Assembly: GCA_000320545.1 (NCBI GenBank) | Contig: ADNK01001512.1 | Coordinates: 7,376-71,375 of the forward strand | DNA: 64,000 nucleotides | From: Bigelowiella natans CCMP2755 | Taxonomy: Eukaryota > Protista > Cercozoa | Direction: 5' to 3' | Shown here: positions 25,266-40,409 of the stretch, piece after piece | Layout of the letters: every line of letters begins with the position of its first letter | How positions within the stretch are numbered: the first letter of the stretch is position 1 | Program-made: the position numbers and the translations under genes | The notes under the pieces: generated by a model | The model's input: the letters and a program-made list of their open reading frames with translations, nothing else | Database searches by the model: none | What the model was told of the DNA's origin: nothing

Positions 25266-27297
25266 TTCATCTCTCTCTGTGGATAATTCTAGGTATTTCG
25301 TACGATGTGGCGGCTTTTAGAGCCGTTCCTGGCCATACTAGGCCTTCTAGCAGTCGTCATGGCCGTCTTTGCCTCTATCGGTGTGCATGCATTTGGAGGT
25401 CTCATTTGGGAGGGAAATCCCAACATTGTCAATGGGGCACCACAGTATGTTGGATATAATAATACTCACGATGACATGCATAGCTGATCAAATTATCTCT
25501 CACATTTTTTTTTTAGACTTGTTTTAGTTTGACCACATACACGCACGATTGCACGCACTCAGCTCTCCATGAACATGCATTGAAAGGTATGCGGAGGGTG
25601 AGTATTGGCCGCTGAATTTCAACGACTTCTCCGGTAGTAGTAGTAGTAGTAGTAGCAGCAGCAGCAGTAGTAGTAGTAGTAGTAGTAGTAGTAGGAGGAG
25701 TGCATATAGCACACTGCCTGCTTGCAACTGGCTGGGAACAGCAGCTCACGATTTTGATTTGTCTTGTCGTTTTCCTCCTCTCTTTCCTCCTCCTTTGGTT
25801 CTCCTTGAATGATGTTGTCGTTGCTGCTTCATGTCCAGGCGCATTTGTCGTGGTATTCCAGTTGTTGGTCGTCAATAATTGGCAGATTCTCATGGATGGC
25901 ACTGTAGAGGTAGCTGCTGCTTGTGATAGGCTGTTGGTAGCGTGATCTATGTTTCTACATTAACACCTACTACCACTTCGTCCTACTCATTATCATATGT
26001 TGTTTTCCCCTCTTTTATTGTTGCCGTTATTGATACTCACTCACTCACTCACTCACTCACTCACTCAGGCCGCTCGTAGCAGATTTCCCCAGCTCTACTT
26101 CATCAGCTTCTACCTTGTAGCTGTGGTTATTGTGCTCAACATCGTCGTTGCTGTCATGCTTTCCATTACACGGAAGATGGAGAAAGGCATCGAGGCCCGC
26201 CGCTCTAAGCGCAAACCTGTCTGCGTGTTTACGGTATGAGAGTGGAGGGGGGGGTGGAGAGGAATGTCAATGGTTATAGCACGTTTCTTCCTCAACGATG
26301 CAGTTTTTGAATAGGCTTTATTCATTTCTATGATGACCCTGGTGCTGCTACCACTACTACTACTACTACTACCATCGATATTTCCTTGCGGTAGCAGCAA
26401 AATGAGGGCGTTAACTTGCTGAAAACTTCACGATCAAATCGATCTATCATTCATGCACGTTTTCAAAGTAATCTGCCCCCCTCGCTGCTATGTATACAGA
26501 TGCAACAAAAGTCCAGTCGACCTACTACAGACGGCAAAGGAGAGGACTGGGGGGAGGGGGAAACAGGAGAAGGAGCACTGTTGCCTCGACGAGGGGATGG
26601 TGTCTTCGATGTGAAGATGGTGAGTACGATTAACCAGGATTCAGATAGTTACTACCACGAGGAGGGACCAGGAGGAGGAGGAGGAGGAGGCAGCAGCCTT
26701 ACCGCTAGTTCTCACATTTCTACCCGGAAACAAAGAGCTCGGTCGTGGCGAGCGCGGATGGATGAGAAGCATGAGTTCTCAGTCTACCTATTCGATAAAC
26801 AACAGGGGAGGAGATCAAGCCTGTTGGTTAGTAGCAATAAGGGAGGGGGGGGGGGAGGAGGAGGAGTCGAAGGAGGTGCTGCTGAGAAGATGGATGCAAG
26901 AAGAAGAAGAAGAAGGAAACCAGTGGAAGGACCAGTACTAGCAGAAATGAGTCGTGGTCATGAGGAGAAGAACCAAACCTACGAAAGGATAAGAAATAGG
27001 AGGGGTACGAGGAAGAACAAGCAAAGCGAGAAGGACAAGTCTCTCACCAAAAATATAGAAGGCAGGTATCATGATAGTAGCAGCAGTAACTTTCGAGAAG
27101 ATTCGCGTCCTATCCCCCCTGGCAGTACTAGAAAAGTGCTGGAAGCCACGAGGAACAGGACGAGGATAAAGAAGAGAGCAGACGTTGTTGATGATCGAGA
27201 TTGGGATGATGATGATGATGAAGAAGAAGAAGAAGAAAATAAGAACACCGCAGTCAAGGCTGCGGATACAACGGGTATGTTGGCAACGATGAGATGA
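18590..27297 (+). CDS. TPC: Two-pore channel (TPC), multi-exon
   Basis: N-terminal MDATPLL. S4-like AILRPFVLIF. Pore 1 FISLFILFTSANNPDVMLPAY (~21690-21780). EF-hand-like linker (AMDQREASLISWQEF). FASIGVHAFGG, LNFNDF, pore 2 FQLLVVNNWQILM (~25840-25900), S6 YFISFYLVAVVIVLNIVVA. Confidence 0.92.
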
Positions 27298-27366
27298 ATC
27301 GTTCGTTCATTAAGACAAATAGCTTACTAGTAATGTCTCTTTCGGCGCGAATTGTGAGGAGAACGA

Positions 27367-27420
<54 letters not shown>

Positions 27421-27426
27421 TGTGTT

Positions 27427-27467
<41 letters not shown>

Positions 27468-27862
27468 TCTTTGTGTCCTAGTTTCGCTGGGATTTTGCTA
27501 GTTTTAGTCGAGTGAATTCACTCGCGTTTAAATACTAATAGAGCTCATTATGTTACTTACGAAAGCAGGAGTAGCAGGTCATGATGCTGCGAGAAGCTCA
27601 CCATCGCTGTATCGTGTCGAAGCGTTTACTAGGAAACGAGACAACAGGTAGGATAAAGCGTACATTAAGACGAGGATCTGCATGCTTGAAACAGCATTCT
27701 TCGATTGATTGAAATCATACTGAGAATGCCTGAAATCTCCCATCATGTGTGGTGTGTGATCTTGCTACTTGCTACAGCCTTACAAGCGTTTATAACGTAT
27801 TTGGCGTGATTCCGGATCTATCAAAGGTAATGCTATCTTCTTGTCAGTTTAAACTCGGGTAT

Positions 27863-27898
<36 letters not shown>

Positions 27899-28009
27899 AC
27901 AGCAAAATTTTTCGTCAAAACAGGAAAAACTTGGTGAATCTGACGAGCAGAGGCTGCACTCCATCGATGATGATGAAGATGATGATGATGATGATGAACG
28001 GTAGAATGA

Positions 28010-28370
28010 GTCAATTTGAAATGCAACACAACATGCTAGCATGTTCCATACGAGGCAGCCGATGAGCACATAATTAGGGGCACTTTGAGGTGCAACCAGC
28101 AGCGATCGATAATGCGAACGCGCTGTGAGTCCATATGAATAGTCGATCAATGCGAAGAGCGATGCATGCACGCAAAACATGCTGCGATGCTACATAGCTA
28201 ATACTAGCGCCATAAGTTACGTACATACATCGATGCATGTGTATCACATTTCTCGCGCACCAAGTTAGCCTGCTGCACAACACCGCCAACCCAATGCGCC
28301 CCGTCGGTTATCTAGTTATGCCAAACTACACACACATGACTAATCTAGCTGATACATGCACATGGAATAT
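28010..28370. repeat. Small partially TpA-depleted island between convergent genes
   Basis: CATG/TGCA/CTAG-rich, but some TA remains. Confidence 0.45.
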
Positions 28371-28681
28371 GTTATTAGGATAGTATGTATCGCTATCGTT
28401 TAAACAGCAATGCTAGAATGATATTACTTTCCTTACTTTCCTATGATCTTTTCCTATTTTTTTCATTATTATATGTAGACTTTGGCACTCATGCTCTTGT
28501 ATCATTATTTTCTACGTCTCGGCGGGACGGTCGTTATCGTACTGTGTCACATTTATCATTGTCTCTGCATCGCTCATGCACCATTCTTCAATCTCATGCC
28601 AATGAAACGTCTATCTATCAGCATTGACACATCCAATTTTTGAAGATTCGCGAGAAATTATGTGTCGTGGGGGGTTACTAA

Positions 28682-30260
28682 CTACTTTTGGAGATGGCCG
28701 AACGAGGTGTTTCTTGCCCGACACTTCCTACACGCCGCAGGTCGCTGTTGATGCTAAAACCGAAAATAAAAAAGGATGGTACTGTTGGTTTTTTTGTATT
28801 TTGTCCTTTAGCAAGTAGAATGAGATGATATACCCTAATTAGCGTTGATCGATGTCGGAAGCTTGTGTTGCATCTAGTTTAGATAATTCACAAAGATAAA
28901 TAATTTTCATAGATCATAGCACTATTTGTTTTGATTCAGATAGTTCTACGACGGAGACAAATCTAGGTATTTCCAGTATCATTGGAATGCAAGAGATGAG
29001 TCTAATTTTAATGTGCTTGCAACTAGCCTTTGTTTAAAATGTGTAAATCAAGAAGGAGAGTCTAGATCACAAGTAGAATCATATTTAGGATATATTGGGT
29101 GAATTGCAATAATCCTAGAATACATTTATCATCTACACATACCATGGCGTCCACCTCATCATTTTGTAGGTGAATTCAAAGTTACATGCATCAAACAAGC
29201 GAGCGACCTGGTGCAGGTGAAATTCTTGTGGTTAAAATGCCGGTCAAGATGTTCCTATCATAACAAAAGCGAGCACGCCTCCATAAATTTACACAAGATA
29301 CTGATGTTTAACTCTTGTAATGTTCTGAGTATTCTTAACACTAATATTGAATTGTTGAAGAAACTTCAAAGCAAAGATTCATCATGCCTTAAGCGATCGT
29401 GTTTGGCTGAAACTCTTTCCGCACAGCAGGCATTGAAGCACTTTGTCATGAATGACTCTGACATGTACTTGATAGCAACGGAATTTCCTGAATTTTTCAC
29501 CACATTGAGTGCAGTTGTACTTCGGTACATGCGTTAGCCCCTAAGTTAGTCGTTGCATTAATTGTTACTACGAGCTCCAACTCTTAGTACTTGTCAAACA
29601 GAATAATAAGGGTTGTCGTTGCACAATTACATGCGCCTGTAGATGATGGTAGTGAGAGAAGTTCCGCCCACATGTCAAACATGGATAAATCTTTGAGCGC
29701 TTTGCAATAGGTAGTCCCCCATATGTTTTTTCTATACACGCCTTCTCATGCGAGTCCTTCACGCGAACCTAATTAGATCGAATACTTATACCAGAAAAAA
29801 CTCAGGGTTATTTACCCCATGATCGTAACTTCGTACCATATTTTCGAGTGCCAGCACAACACGTTTCTCAGGACAGGTAGACTGGCCTGAATCATATTAT
29901 CCATTCCAAGCGACCGGGGTTACAAAATTGCAACTACTACTTCCTCTTTACTGCTACTACTTCCGAATTAATGCAATTAGTTCTGTGCTGATGATTGATA
30001 CCCTTTCTTTCAGCGCAGGGCACAATGCAGGAAAGACAATGCAGCGGAATTATATTCAATTACCCGTAACTGGCGAGGAAGAGACTACATAGTGGTATGC
30101 CCACACCCCGAGGATCGAAGCGAGCATTCGCCTCGCCCTTCCTCGCCGTCATTAACGCCGGGAGCGGCGCACAGGGGCAAGAGGATGCATTCTCGATCCT
30201 GCGACAACCTTCAGCCTTGTCGCAGACAAAAATTGACAAAAGGTGTGTCGCTGGAAAAAG
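28682..30260 (-). CDS. C2H2 zinc-finger protein (about 4 fingers), multi-exon; start uncertain
   Basis: YPCLTCGRNFSHYHHLQ; YNCTQCGEKFRKFRCYQVHVRVIH; LQCLLCGKSFSQTRSLK|EHLDRH; FTCT|RCNTSFRHRSTLIR|H. Confidence 0.8.
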
Positions 30261-30622
30261 GACGACAGGAAAGCCAAGAGTCTTAGTGCGACACCCTCGA
30301 AAGGTAGAAATTCACTGTAACTTAAGCCTGAGTCAATACAGTCGTTTTGTCGTAGATTGGTTTTCGAGGGGATTTTAGGCTTTTATTCTGAACAGGGGGT
30401 ATGCTTTATGACCGAGAAAGCGCACACACGAAAGATTCTCATCCTCCTCCAAGAAAGAAGTGATAGCCAACCAACTCTAGAGCTAGGGCAAGGAACATAC
30501 CTATCATTTGAAGAAGAAGAAAGAAAGCTGACCATCGCAAACCAACCATTATTACCTGGAGGTTCTTCTACGTTGACCCTATTTTTCATAGGGGCTCCTT
30601 GCCACACTCCGAAACAGCAGCC

Positions 30623-31589
30623 ATGGATGATGAATTCGGGATTGTGATAGTGGATAACGCCAATAAAAAAGGAGAGCAGACGGCGCCAAAAGCATCGAGG
30701 ACATCGATATCGGAACCTGCAGGAACATGGTACGAAGGACCAACACCTCAGCAGGTTCGAAAGCGATACCGTGTACAGTTTCACGAAACGACAAAAGTAA
30801 GGGAATTCAAAAATGATGAATCAATTCCCGCTCGACCAACTAGCACAACACAAGAAGCCACCCCGATTAAGGATCTAGATCCGATCGTTAAGAAACGAGA
30901 CAATGACAGCATCAATATCGCACAAATAGAATTTTCAAGGCCAGGTACACAAATTATCATCAGAATTCGAACTGTGATCTTAGTTGAGAAATTCTCTCTG
31001 CCTTTGTATTTCTCGATATTGTGTGCATGTAAGTTTTGGACAGGGCAACATATAATCGAACTTGGAAAACGATATTCAAATCGAAGCAAAAACAGTTTGG
31101 ATTTAGGCTGCTACATGGCGAGAATGTACATTACGTACTGGTAATAATTTCTGTGATACGAATAGCATTTATGTCAAGCCTGAATTTCTTCCAAGTTTTT
31201 CTCAACAACAATAGTGATTGTATGTTAAGAACGATCTCGTCATTAATCATAAGTAGTCATCTATTGCGTCCTCTACTACTACTACACAGGGCTCGAAGAA
31301 GTGCAAAACAGCATCAGGAAAATTCCTGTCTTCTATGCCTCAAGATATCAAAGATAGCAAGTTGTTGGTACCGATGAGATTAAAAGACTTGATGATCACA
31401 AAACGAGGAAGCACACTGTCTGAGTTACTTCGAATTAGCCCAAGAAATCTCACTTTCGAATCGTATTTAAACCCGATGATTCAGTACATCTACTTATCTC
31501 TGAGACCGGACGTAAGAATAAAGACGGACCGAGAGTGGTACGAGCGAAGACTTGAATATCGATGGAACGTGCAGCATACGGCTCCTTAG
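30623..31589 (+). CDS. Unknown protein with RVxF-type PP1-docking motif (3 exons)
   Basis: ATG 30623. KRYRVQFHETTKVREF. GT-AG exons continue LDRATYNRTWK.. and ..EWYERRLEYRWNVQHTAP*. Confidence 0.6.
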
Positions 31590-31969
31590 CAGCAACCAGA
31601 AGCAACGCAGATAAAAATAAATTTTAAAATTACATTAGCAATAATGGCGTACAATATGGGCTTCTGTCGCGAATTGGAATTTTATTTTAATCCAAAGAGA
31701 GAGAAAGGAAGCACCTTAATGATAAAAAACAATGGGTGACTCGTCAGAAGATGCAAAGCAATGAGCAGCATCGCCAGCATCATCATTGGCCCAGATCTTC
31801 ATACTTTTCCTCGTTTCAATATTCCAGCACGTATAAACCAGACGCATTTATTCATTTTTGAATTTAAGTTGTGCATTGGATTCACTGCTCACGATTTGCA
31901 TAAATTTATTGTGACATTGTGTATGTAGAGCATCTCAATTCAAAATTTTCATGCAGACATTCCAACATA

Positions 31970-32010
<41 letters not shown>

Positions 32011-32059
32011 GGGTGTGTGTGTGTGTGTGTGTATATATACATATATCGTAAAATTAACC

Positions 32060-32600
32060 CGTATGCGTGTCATAATGATCTTTGCGGATGATATAATGTC
32101 ATGCTGGCGTGCATCACATTGCCGCAGTGTAGTATATCCTGAAGCAGCAATGCAAAATCATGATTGCAATATCGCTATATGTTAGCTAGCCTAATGTGCT
32201 ATTTGCTGCGCCAACAACAAAAGGCGGATGCAGCACTAGAGCAGGACACCGCACGCTCTGATCTGGATGTGCGCACATGATGTTTGCCAGCGGTTGCATT
32301 GCATCGTGTTACTGCAATGGCCGGATCACAAACATGCTATCATGGGACATGTTCGTCTAGCTAGCGATGATGCTTATGTGCATTACACAAACATGGCAGT
32401 GCTGCATGCGCAATCTAGCAATGCACGACATGCTAGCATGCTATAGACCAAATCGCAATGCATTTTCATGCATGCAATACGTGACCAAGGAAACAAACAG
32501 ACACATTTTAAGCGCTGTAGCCGCTGCACTGCACAGCTACATCAGGATGACCATTGAAAAAATTTAAACATTTCATTACATCCGTCTCACATGTGCTACA
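32060..32600. repeat. Partially TpA-depleted island
   Basis: CTAG/CATG-rich. 32480-32595 is paralogous to 12605-12737 and to 56103-56165 (inverted). Confidence 0.7.
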
Positions 32601-32814
32601 GCTATTACGATTAAGACGAGAGATGCTACCAACAAAGTCATATTTTAACGTCAAGCTTACACAACGTAGCAGCGGCACGGCGGCGCGTGATTATTCGCTA
32701 ATAAATCATAAATTTCATCGACATCGAATTTCGTTATCGCGATATGCAAAAACATAAGATAATTCGAATTCTAGTGCTGAAAAGCATACTGCTAGACTTA
32801 CGCATAGGTCTTCG

Positions 32815-33364
32815 CTAGAATAATTTGAACAGCCTTTTCAGCTTTCTAACAAGCTCTCGATCTGCGTCACCAAGCTTCTCGCTGTAGTTTTCCTATTCGA
32901 TCGAATTCGCACAGACACGCACGCACGCATGCATGCACGCGCAATATCATAATAATTCAATATAATATCTATATTATATTTATATAAATGTGTGTGTCTG
33001 TGAGAGTGTGTTCTATTGTTTTTCGATTCACATCACACGTTATTCGTTAAGTACGTAACAACAAATAACCATCATCCTACGCAACCTGAAGTGCATCCAA
33101 AGACCTCTGTGTCACTTTAGAAACCAACTGAAGGAGTAGGGTCAAAGTTGATAATAACCGATGATGACAATAATAACGTTCAATTTATGGTGGAGAAAAG
33201 GGAGGATTCGATACATTTCGAATATCATAATGAAAAAGAGCGGGGAGAGACGATCAAATGAACGGACAACATTGTCACCTGGTTTTTATGGTCAAAGTGG
33301 CGTCCATAAAGTAAACTTCTATCATTTGCGTGCTGTTCTACTCTGCAAATGTTGAAAATGACTC

Positions 33365-33403
<39 letters not shown>

Positions 33404-33897
33404 CAAATACATTCTGTCCTATCGTGTATTGAAATTCCTCCTCAGCAATTTCTTCATTGGGAGTTTTGATTGATCTCGATTGAAGCTTCTACTACTTCTC
33501 CTACTTTCTTCTTCTTCTTCTTCTTCTTCTTCTTCTTCTTCTGTGATTCGTGATTATTTACCTTATGCACACTTCCTGTCCTTTCTTCGCTTCCTACGAA
33601 CAGATTATTGCATCCCACACACACACACACACATACACAACACACAGACATCATATAGCACACAAAATATCCACTAAAAGCACGGGAATAAATACTTTTC
33701 CTTAATTCTCGTCGTATTGTGCAGGGGACTACTCAGTGCTACTCCAACCTGCTTTTCCTTATGGTCCATTTCAATCCCTGTCACTTTTCCAATCAAAACC
33801 TACCAAACAACCCCCAGCAAGACGAGCACAACAACAACGCCGACAACGACAAGTTTATTGTCGTTATTACCAAACTGTACAGTATTTGCAAGAAAAC

Positions 33898-33928
<31 letters not shown>

Positions 33929-34137
33929 TAGTACGTGCTCTGTTAGGCTCTTCAGTGCAACCAGCGGAGTCCCGACTTTTAACACGCCCTGGGGGAGGTT
34001 ATTCACATCATATTCAATTGCTGTTACGCTATATAACTACAACACATATTTAGAATATGTATGTGATGATGGAAAACAGTTTCAGATCAAGGTAAATATA
34101 CGTATTACGTATAAATCGATAAGAGCAATGTAAAAGT

Positions 34138-34202
<65 letters not shown>

Positions 34203-34592
34203 GGCTCTGTTGCAGTTTTATATTAGTACACCAAACAAAGTTGCAGCAGATAGTAGTAGTAGTAGTAGTAGTAGTAGTACCTCTACAACTAGCACGCCCA
34301 TCAATAGGGGAGACTTCTTACAAAATACGCAGTTTGGTAGAATGTCTACCACGGCTAACAACAAGACACATCATTATCATTTTTACAATCACCATCAGAT
34401 TGCATTACCAAAATGTATTGATTTATAACATTAAAAGCCGAAGTATATGCTACTAGTTTATAGGCAAACACGTACATGCACGCACCTGGGAAGACGACAT
34501 CCTGTTCCACCTTCTTGCGTTGTAATTCTTTGAAATCTTCCACGTGCTTACGAAATCTGAGGGATCATTCAACATAAATCCCCCCCCCCCCA

Positions 34593-34625
<33 letters not shown>

Positions 34626-35084
34626 AACACAAGAACACACAAACAGATACATGTGCAGAGACTTCATCATTTTAAGTAGTTTATGTTTGCTGTTGATTTG
34701 CTTCTGCTCTCCAACTGAATGGGGTTATTCTTTATAAGGATTTTTATTCGTTTATTGGTGTTTCCTCTCCCTTCTTACTTGTCCAAAAGGTGGTAGATGA
34801 TATCGCCAAGAAAGATCGGAATATCACTGCTCTCAGCTTATTTCGCAACACACCATACCGAGATAATTTTAACATTGAATAATACGGCTGATCTAAAACA
34901 GCGACAAGCGAATACTAAATATAACCAACATTTATTGCATATATTCTTGTACTACTACTACTACTACTGCTGCTGCTGCTACTACTACCACTACTACCTA
35001 GAGATAGCGCGTCGGGTGTGACTTTGACATCGAAGCCTAGTATAACCCGCTTGTGAGGCCTAACGGCACACACAATATATATAT

Positions 35085-35131
<47 letters not shown>

Positions 35132-35623
35132 ATAACGATATAACGATGCCCGCTATAATAGAAGGATTTTTGCCATCAACATCATCATCATCATAATCAT
35201 CATCCCCCCTCCTCTCTTCCGCCATCAATGAATGATTCTATCCGTTATTACTCCTTGTATTTGCTGAACAATGAGTTGGCTTTGATCACGTCTTTCTTGC
35301 CTAATAGCATTAGGATGATGAGGACAAATAGCTGTTCCTCCTCCTCCTCTCTATTGTTATTCGTGTCATGCCATTTAAAGGAGTGACGGTACTACAGATA
35401 TGCCGAAGGATTATTGACGGAATTTACATCGAGGCAAGAATAAAAACACACACATACACACACACACACATGCACACACACGCACGCACAAACATGCACA
35501 AACATATATTTACTGCACATTATCTTGCTGCTACCTATTGGTCCTATGTTTGCAGTGCTTACTGGGACATTCGAAGAGTTAAAAAATGACAAAAGAGCTT
35601 CCAAAGAGCCCAATGTGCTGTCA

Positions 35624-35660
<37 letters not shown>

Positions 35661-36060
35661 TATGCGATTTACATATCGTCCCGTCGTAATTTAGGTAGGA
35701 ATTCTGTGTGTCAAGAGATGTTCCAATACCTTGCATGCACGCAAACCCCCTCTGATTTCTGTCCAACACATATATCAATCGGTTTTGTGATTGATAGTAT
35801 AAGCTGAGTCTATAATCTCATCAGCCGTGTACAACTCATAATATAATAATAATTATAATAATACATGCTCGCAAGATCGGAAATACGAGTCAGAAGTGCA
35901 ATGATAGTGGGGAACAACTGAATATTCGTTCGGCACCATTTACACCACCAAAGCGCATATATGCCCTCCTCTCTCACACACATAATATGTGCATTGTGAT
36001 GATGATACCGCAGACCTTATTCACTTTGTTCAGAATAGATTTCAACTCAGACTTAGGATT

Positions 36061-36134
<74 letters not shown>

Positions 36135-36341
36135 AGAGAGAGAAGGATGAGGGAGGAGGTGGGGCTGTCATGAGGAACCAAAAGACATGCATTACCTAGC
36201 TCTAAAATATCCTAATTTATTTGCCATGTTGGAATTTAGAAAAAGTAGGATATAAGAAAGATGATGGTGTTTTAAAGTACAGAAGCAGGTACTGTGTTTT
36301 GGTAATCCGACGATATCTTCTTATGTCAAATGCCCTCCCTA

Positions 36342-36378
<37 letters not shown>

Positions 36379-36832
36379 GACAACAAGCAGACGATTAGTG
36401 AACAGTAGATAGCAACCTGTACAGTCCTCTTGGCGTCTTCAATTTCCTCCTCGTTATCCTTGTTTACAACAAGTAATGTTGTACCAGCGACGGCATCTTC
36501 CAAACCTGTATAATAATACACAATTATCGTATCAGGCTAAGATAACGTCACCATCTTGCTTCCAAGATCAGTGTTGTGATTCTGAGAAATAGTAAAATCG
36601 AAGGTTATGCCTTCTTTGTACTAGCTTTTGTTTCAGCAAGGAGTGTCACGATCATCATGATCATCATCAACATCATTATCATTATCATCAGCCAGAATGC
36701 GTGAGTACGATACATATTGAAGCTTAATACCTGCAGCAGCTATACGTATCCCTGCGCTTGCATAAATTACCTAATCAAAGGAGGAGGAGGAGGAGGAGGA
36801 GGAGGAGGAGGAAGAGGACATTATATAAGACT

Positions 36833-36866
<34 letters not shown>

Positions 36867-37217
36867 GGGGGGGGATAATGAGTAGTAGTGGTAGTAATAG
36901 CTGGCATTCTACTGTGGACTATATCACCTCTTTCTCCTGATAGTCATTATGAACCCGTGATTCTCTCAGTGGCTTGGGAAGCATCAACACCCCTTTTCAA
37001 TCAACAATCAATCATACGATGAACGAAGGGAGACCGATTCCAAACAACTCAAAATCCCCCACGTGGTAGTAGTTGTTGTAATAGTAGTCTATGTCCTTTC
37101 TATGTCGTAGCTGCAGGCAATATCGGATTTTAATATGTTACAAATGATTGTTGTGGTAGTTGCAGTATGGGAATAATGACACCATAATCTTAGCAACGAC
37201 TGAGTTCTTGCATGCGA

Positions 37218-37256
<39 letters not shown>

Positions 37257-37425
37257 ATATATATGACGCCCCAAGATCGAACCACCGCGTCAATAAAGAC
37301 GCAATGTATCATTCATCCTTCTTCTTCTTCTCTTCTCTTGGTTGATTGAAGCTTTACTTATTGGTGTCAAAATAGGGCCGCCTAACCCGCAGATACATAT
37401 CGTGTCCCCCTGGAAAACCAATACT

Positions 37426-37459
<34 letters not shown>

Positions 37460-38144
37460 CCGTCATCATCAGTACAGTACTGTACTGATTCTCTTGGTTT
37501 GGTGTATACGTGTGTATGTGTGTGTGCGTGTGTGTGTGTGTGTGTGCACGAGACTGGCACATAAGCACACACACACACACACACACACACGCGCACACGC
37601 GCAAACGTGATACACGAAGTGTTGCTTTTATAGCTCACTTTAGCAAGTTTTCCGTTTACGAGAATAACGTCAATTGTAGACCCCAAACCTTCGGACTAAT
37701 AAAAGATAATGATGTTGATGATGATTAATAACAAAGACAACTAAGAGCAGTCTATTTAGCACCAACGTAATAGGAGCATCCGACGTAGCGACCCCCCTCT
37801 CCCCCCTAGCAGATGTCTCTTTTCTTCTCACCTTTTTGACGTCCAGAATCGAACATTCCAATTGAGATTTCAACCTGGAAAGAGAAAAAATAGACTGATA
37901 AGGAGGAGGAGGAGGAGTGATAATTGATATTATTGTACTTTAGAAGAGCGATGGCACTGTTAGTTGGGTGGTGATGGTGATCACTACTACTACTACTATT
38001 ATTACTACTACTATTACTACTACTACCCTATCCTCCGAGCTTGGTACTTTTGTGTCAGCTGCATCAGGAGCATCATCAAGTCGCACACACCTGCAATGAT
38101 AAAAATAGTGAGAATTCGTATTTATGGACAAAAGGTTGCATTTG

Positions 38145-38175
<31 letters not shown>

Positions 38176-38313
38176 GGAGAATAATTACCCTCTCCAGTTA
38201 TTGCGGAGATAGGCACGATCGATATATACCTATCATCGTCATAGAGACATAATAATGATAAAGCAACAGACTTTCAACCAACGATAGGCATCTTTATCTC
38301 ACCTCCTCCCCTC

Positions 38314-38354
<41 letters not shown>

Positions 38355-38418
38355 TCTCTTTCTATACGTGTGTGTGTGTTTGCGTGTATATGTCTACGTG
38401 CAAAGACACACACCAACA

Positions 38419-38454
<36 letters not shown>

Positions 38455-38558
38455 ACACACACCACCAAGTATATTTATATGCAAAAAATGATAGCATGCA
38501 ACTTGCATATGAAGTATTTGTGTCCATACACTCTAAACAACCCCCCACAACTACACAC

Positions 38559-38591
<33 letters not shown>

Positions 38592-40372
38592 TCTAAAATC
38601 CTTGTTTTTGAAATACAGAGCAGTATTAAGTCCGGCCTCTAAAAAGCACATATTACATGCCCTTGATTATTAACACGTATGAACCTCTCCATTCCACACA
38701 TATATGGTTATCGAATTCAGATATGTGATCAAGCACGTATATGTGGGTTGTTATCATTTGTCGGCATATCTGCTATACACAGCAGCAGCATATAATCATC
38801 AATCAAGGAGTGCTAATCCTACCGCACGTAAGGGCGCTAATCGTTTCATCAATGCGAGATTGCAATTCGTGACTGGTCTCCTCGTCTTGCAATGCCATGC
38901 TTTCCCTGCTCAATTGAGAGAGGAGTGAGGGAGAAAGACCTTGTTGTTCGTAGTTTGTCGCACACAGACACACACACACAAACACACACACACACGTGCG
39001 ACAAGAGAATGCTCGCCGCCAAGCACACCTGACTGGTGCATCCTCCACGCTTTTCCATTTATAGCAGCGATCTAATAGAAAGAAAGTAGAGCGTAAATGT
39101 ATTCAAATAGTTGCAGTCCCTTTCCCATATGAAATACATGCAAGAGACCCGAGCACACACCATCAAAGAGTTTGCTTATGAGCACATCATAATCACCATC
39201 ATCACCATTTTGTAAAGGCATTTCAATGCTGCTTATGATCTCTACCTATTTTGTTCAATGCAATGATGAATGGAGTCTTCTTGGCCTTTAGCAAGTTTAT
39301 ACTCTCGATCGTCTGTGGCTCAAGCCTTATCAACACAAAATGACAAAAACCTCAAACGAGGATTACAGTGTTGTACCTCAAAATTTTAGCATCTGCCGAA
39401 AATTATGCAAAAAAACTGTGCGAGCTACAAGCTAATGCTGCTGCTATATTTTAATGACAAACAACCCGTGCATGATGTCGATCACCAGCACCGCAATGTC
39501 GCATAGATTAGAGCCCTGATGTATTCATGTGCAAAATAGCACACGCGGAGAAAAAAGAAGACCATGAAACATAAAATGCATTTATTTGCACATAACAGTT
39601 CATTTGGAGTAGTAATAATTACAATGTATCATCCACGATGCATACGTGATTAGAGTTATTATGTACCCGCACTCTGAGGTTTGTGAAGCTCTCGTGGCCT
39701 GCAACACCACCATCCACAAGTGTGAGTTAAATGCGTCTCTCTATATAGCATATATGTACGTGCGTGCGTACGTGCTATTATATGGCCTTTTTATTTATAT
39801 TTGAGTTCATGACGGTTTCTCAGATCATTTTCTCGATGATAAGTAGTACATTTCCGTGCGGAATACGATGATATGATACACGTGTGTTGATACTACTCCT
39901 CCTCCTTCCCCTCCCCCTCCTCTATGTGTGAAGAACATCCAAACTCCCACCGGGTGTATCGATAACAAGCAACCCAGGTATTTTGGAGGGCTGTGTCTGG
40001 TAAACGATGAAAGAAGCATAAGCTCGTATATAAACCATATTGTGATGATAATGATGATGATAAAAAGAAGCAGGCATGTGTGAGTATATGATCACAAGCT
40101 TGAAAGATGCAAGGGGGGTGACGGTGCAGCAATCAAAGAAAGAAAGAGAAATAGTAACACAACCTGATTCAAAGCTTGGTATAGGGTTTTTGTCCTTGAG
40201 TTGAGGACCTTCATAATTATTATTACTGTTATTATCAATAATATTATGACAATAATGGATTCAAGACGTAGCCTGGTTTTGTAGCAGCACCTCTAGCGGG
40301 AAAAACGTAGCCCCTATTTGCTGGGTAATTCCTCCAGCCTCATGGTCCTATAATGAGAGCAATTGTAGGAGT

Positions 40373-40409
<37 letters not shown>

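Noticed and set aside
29211-29537. Plus-strand 108-aa ORF
   Set aside because: Antisense to clear C2H2 exons on the minus strand.
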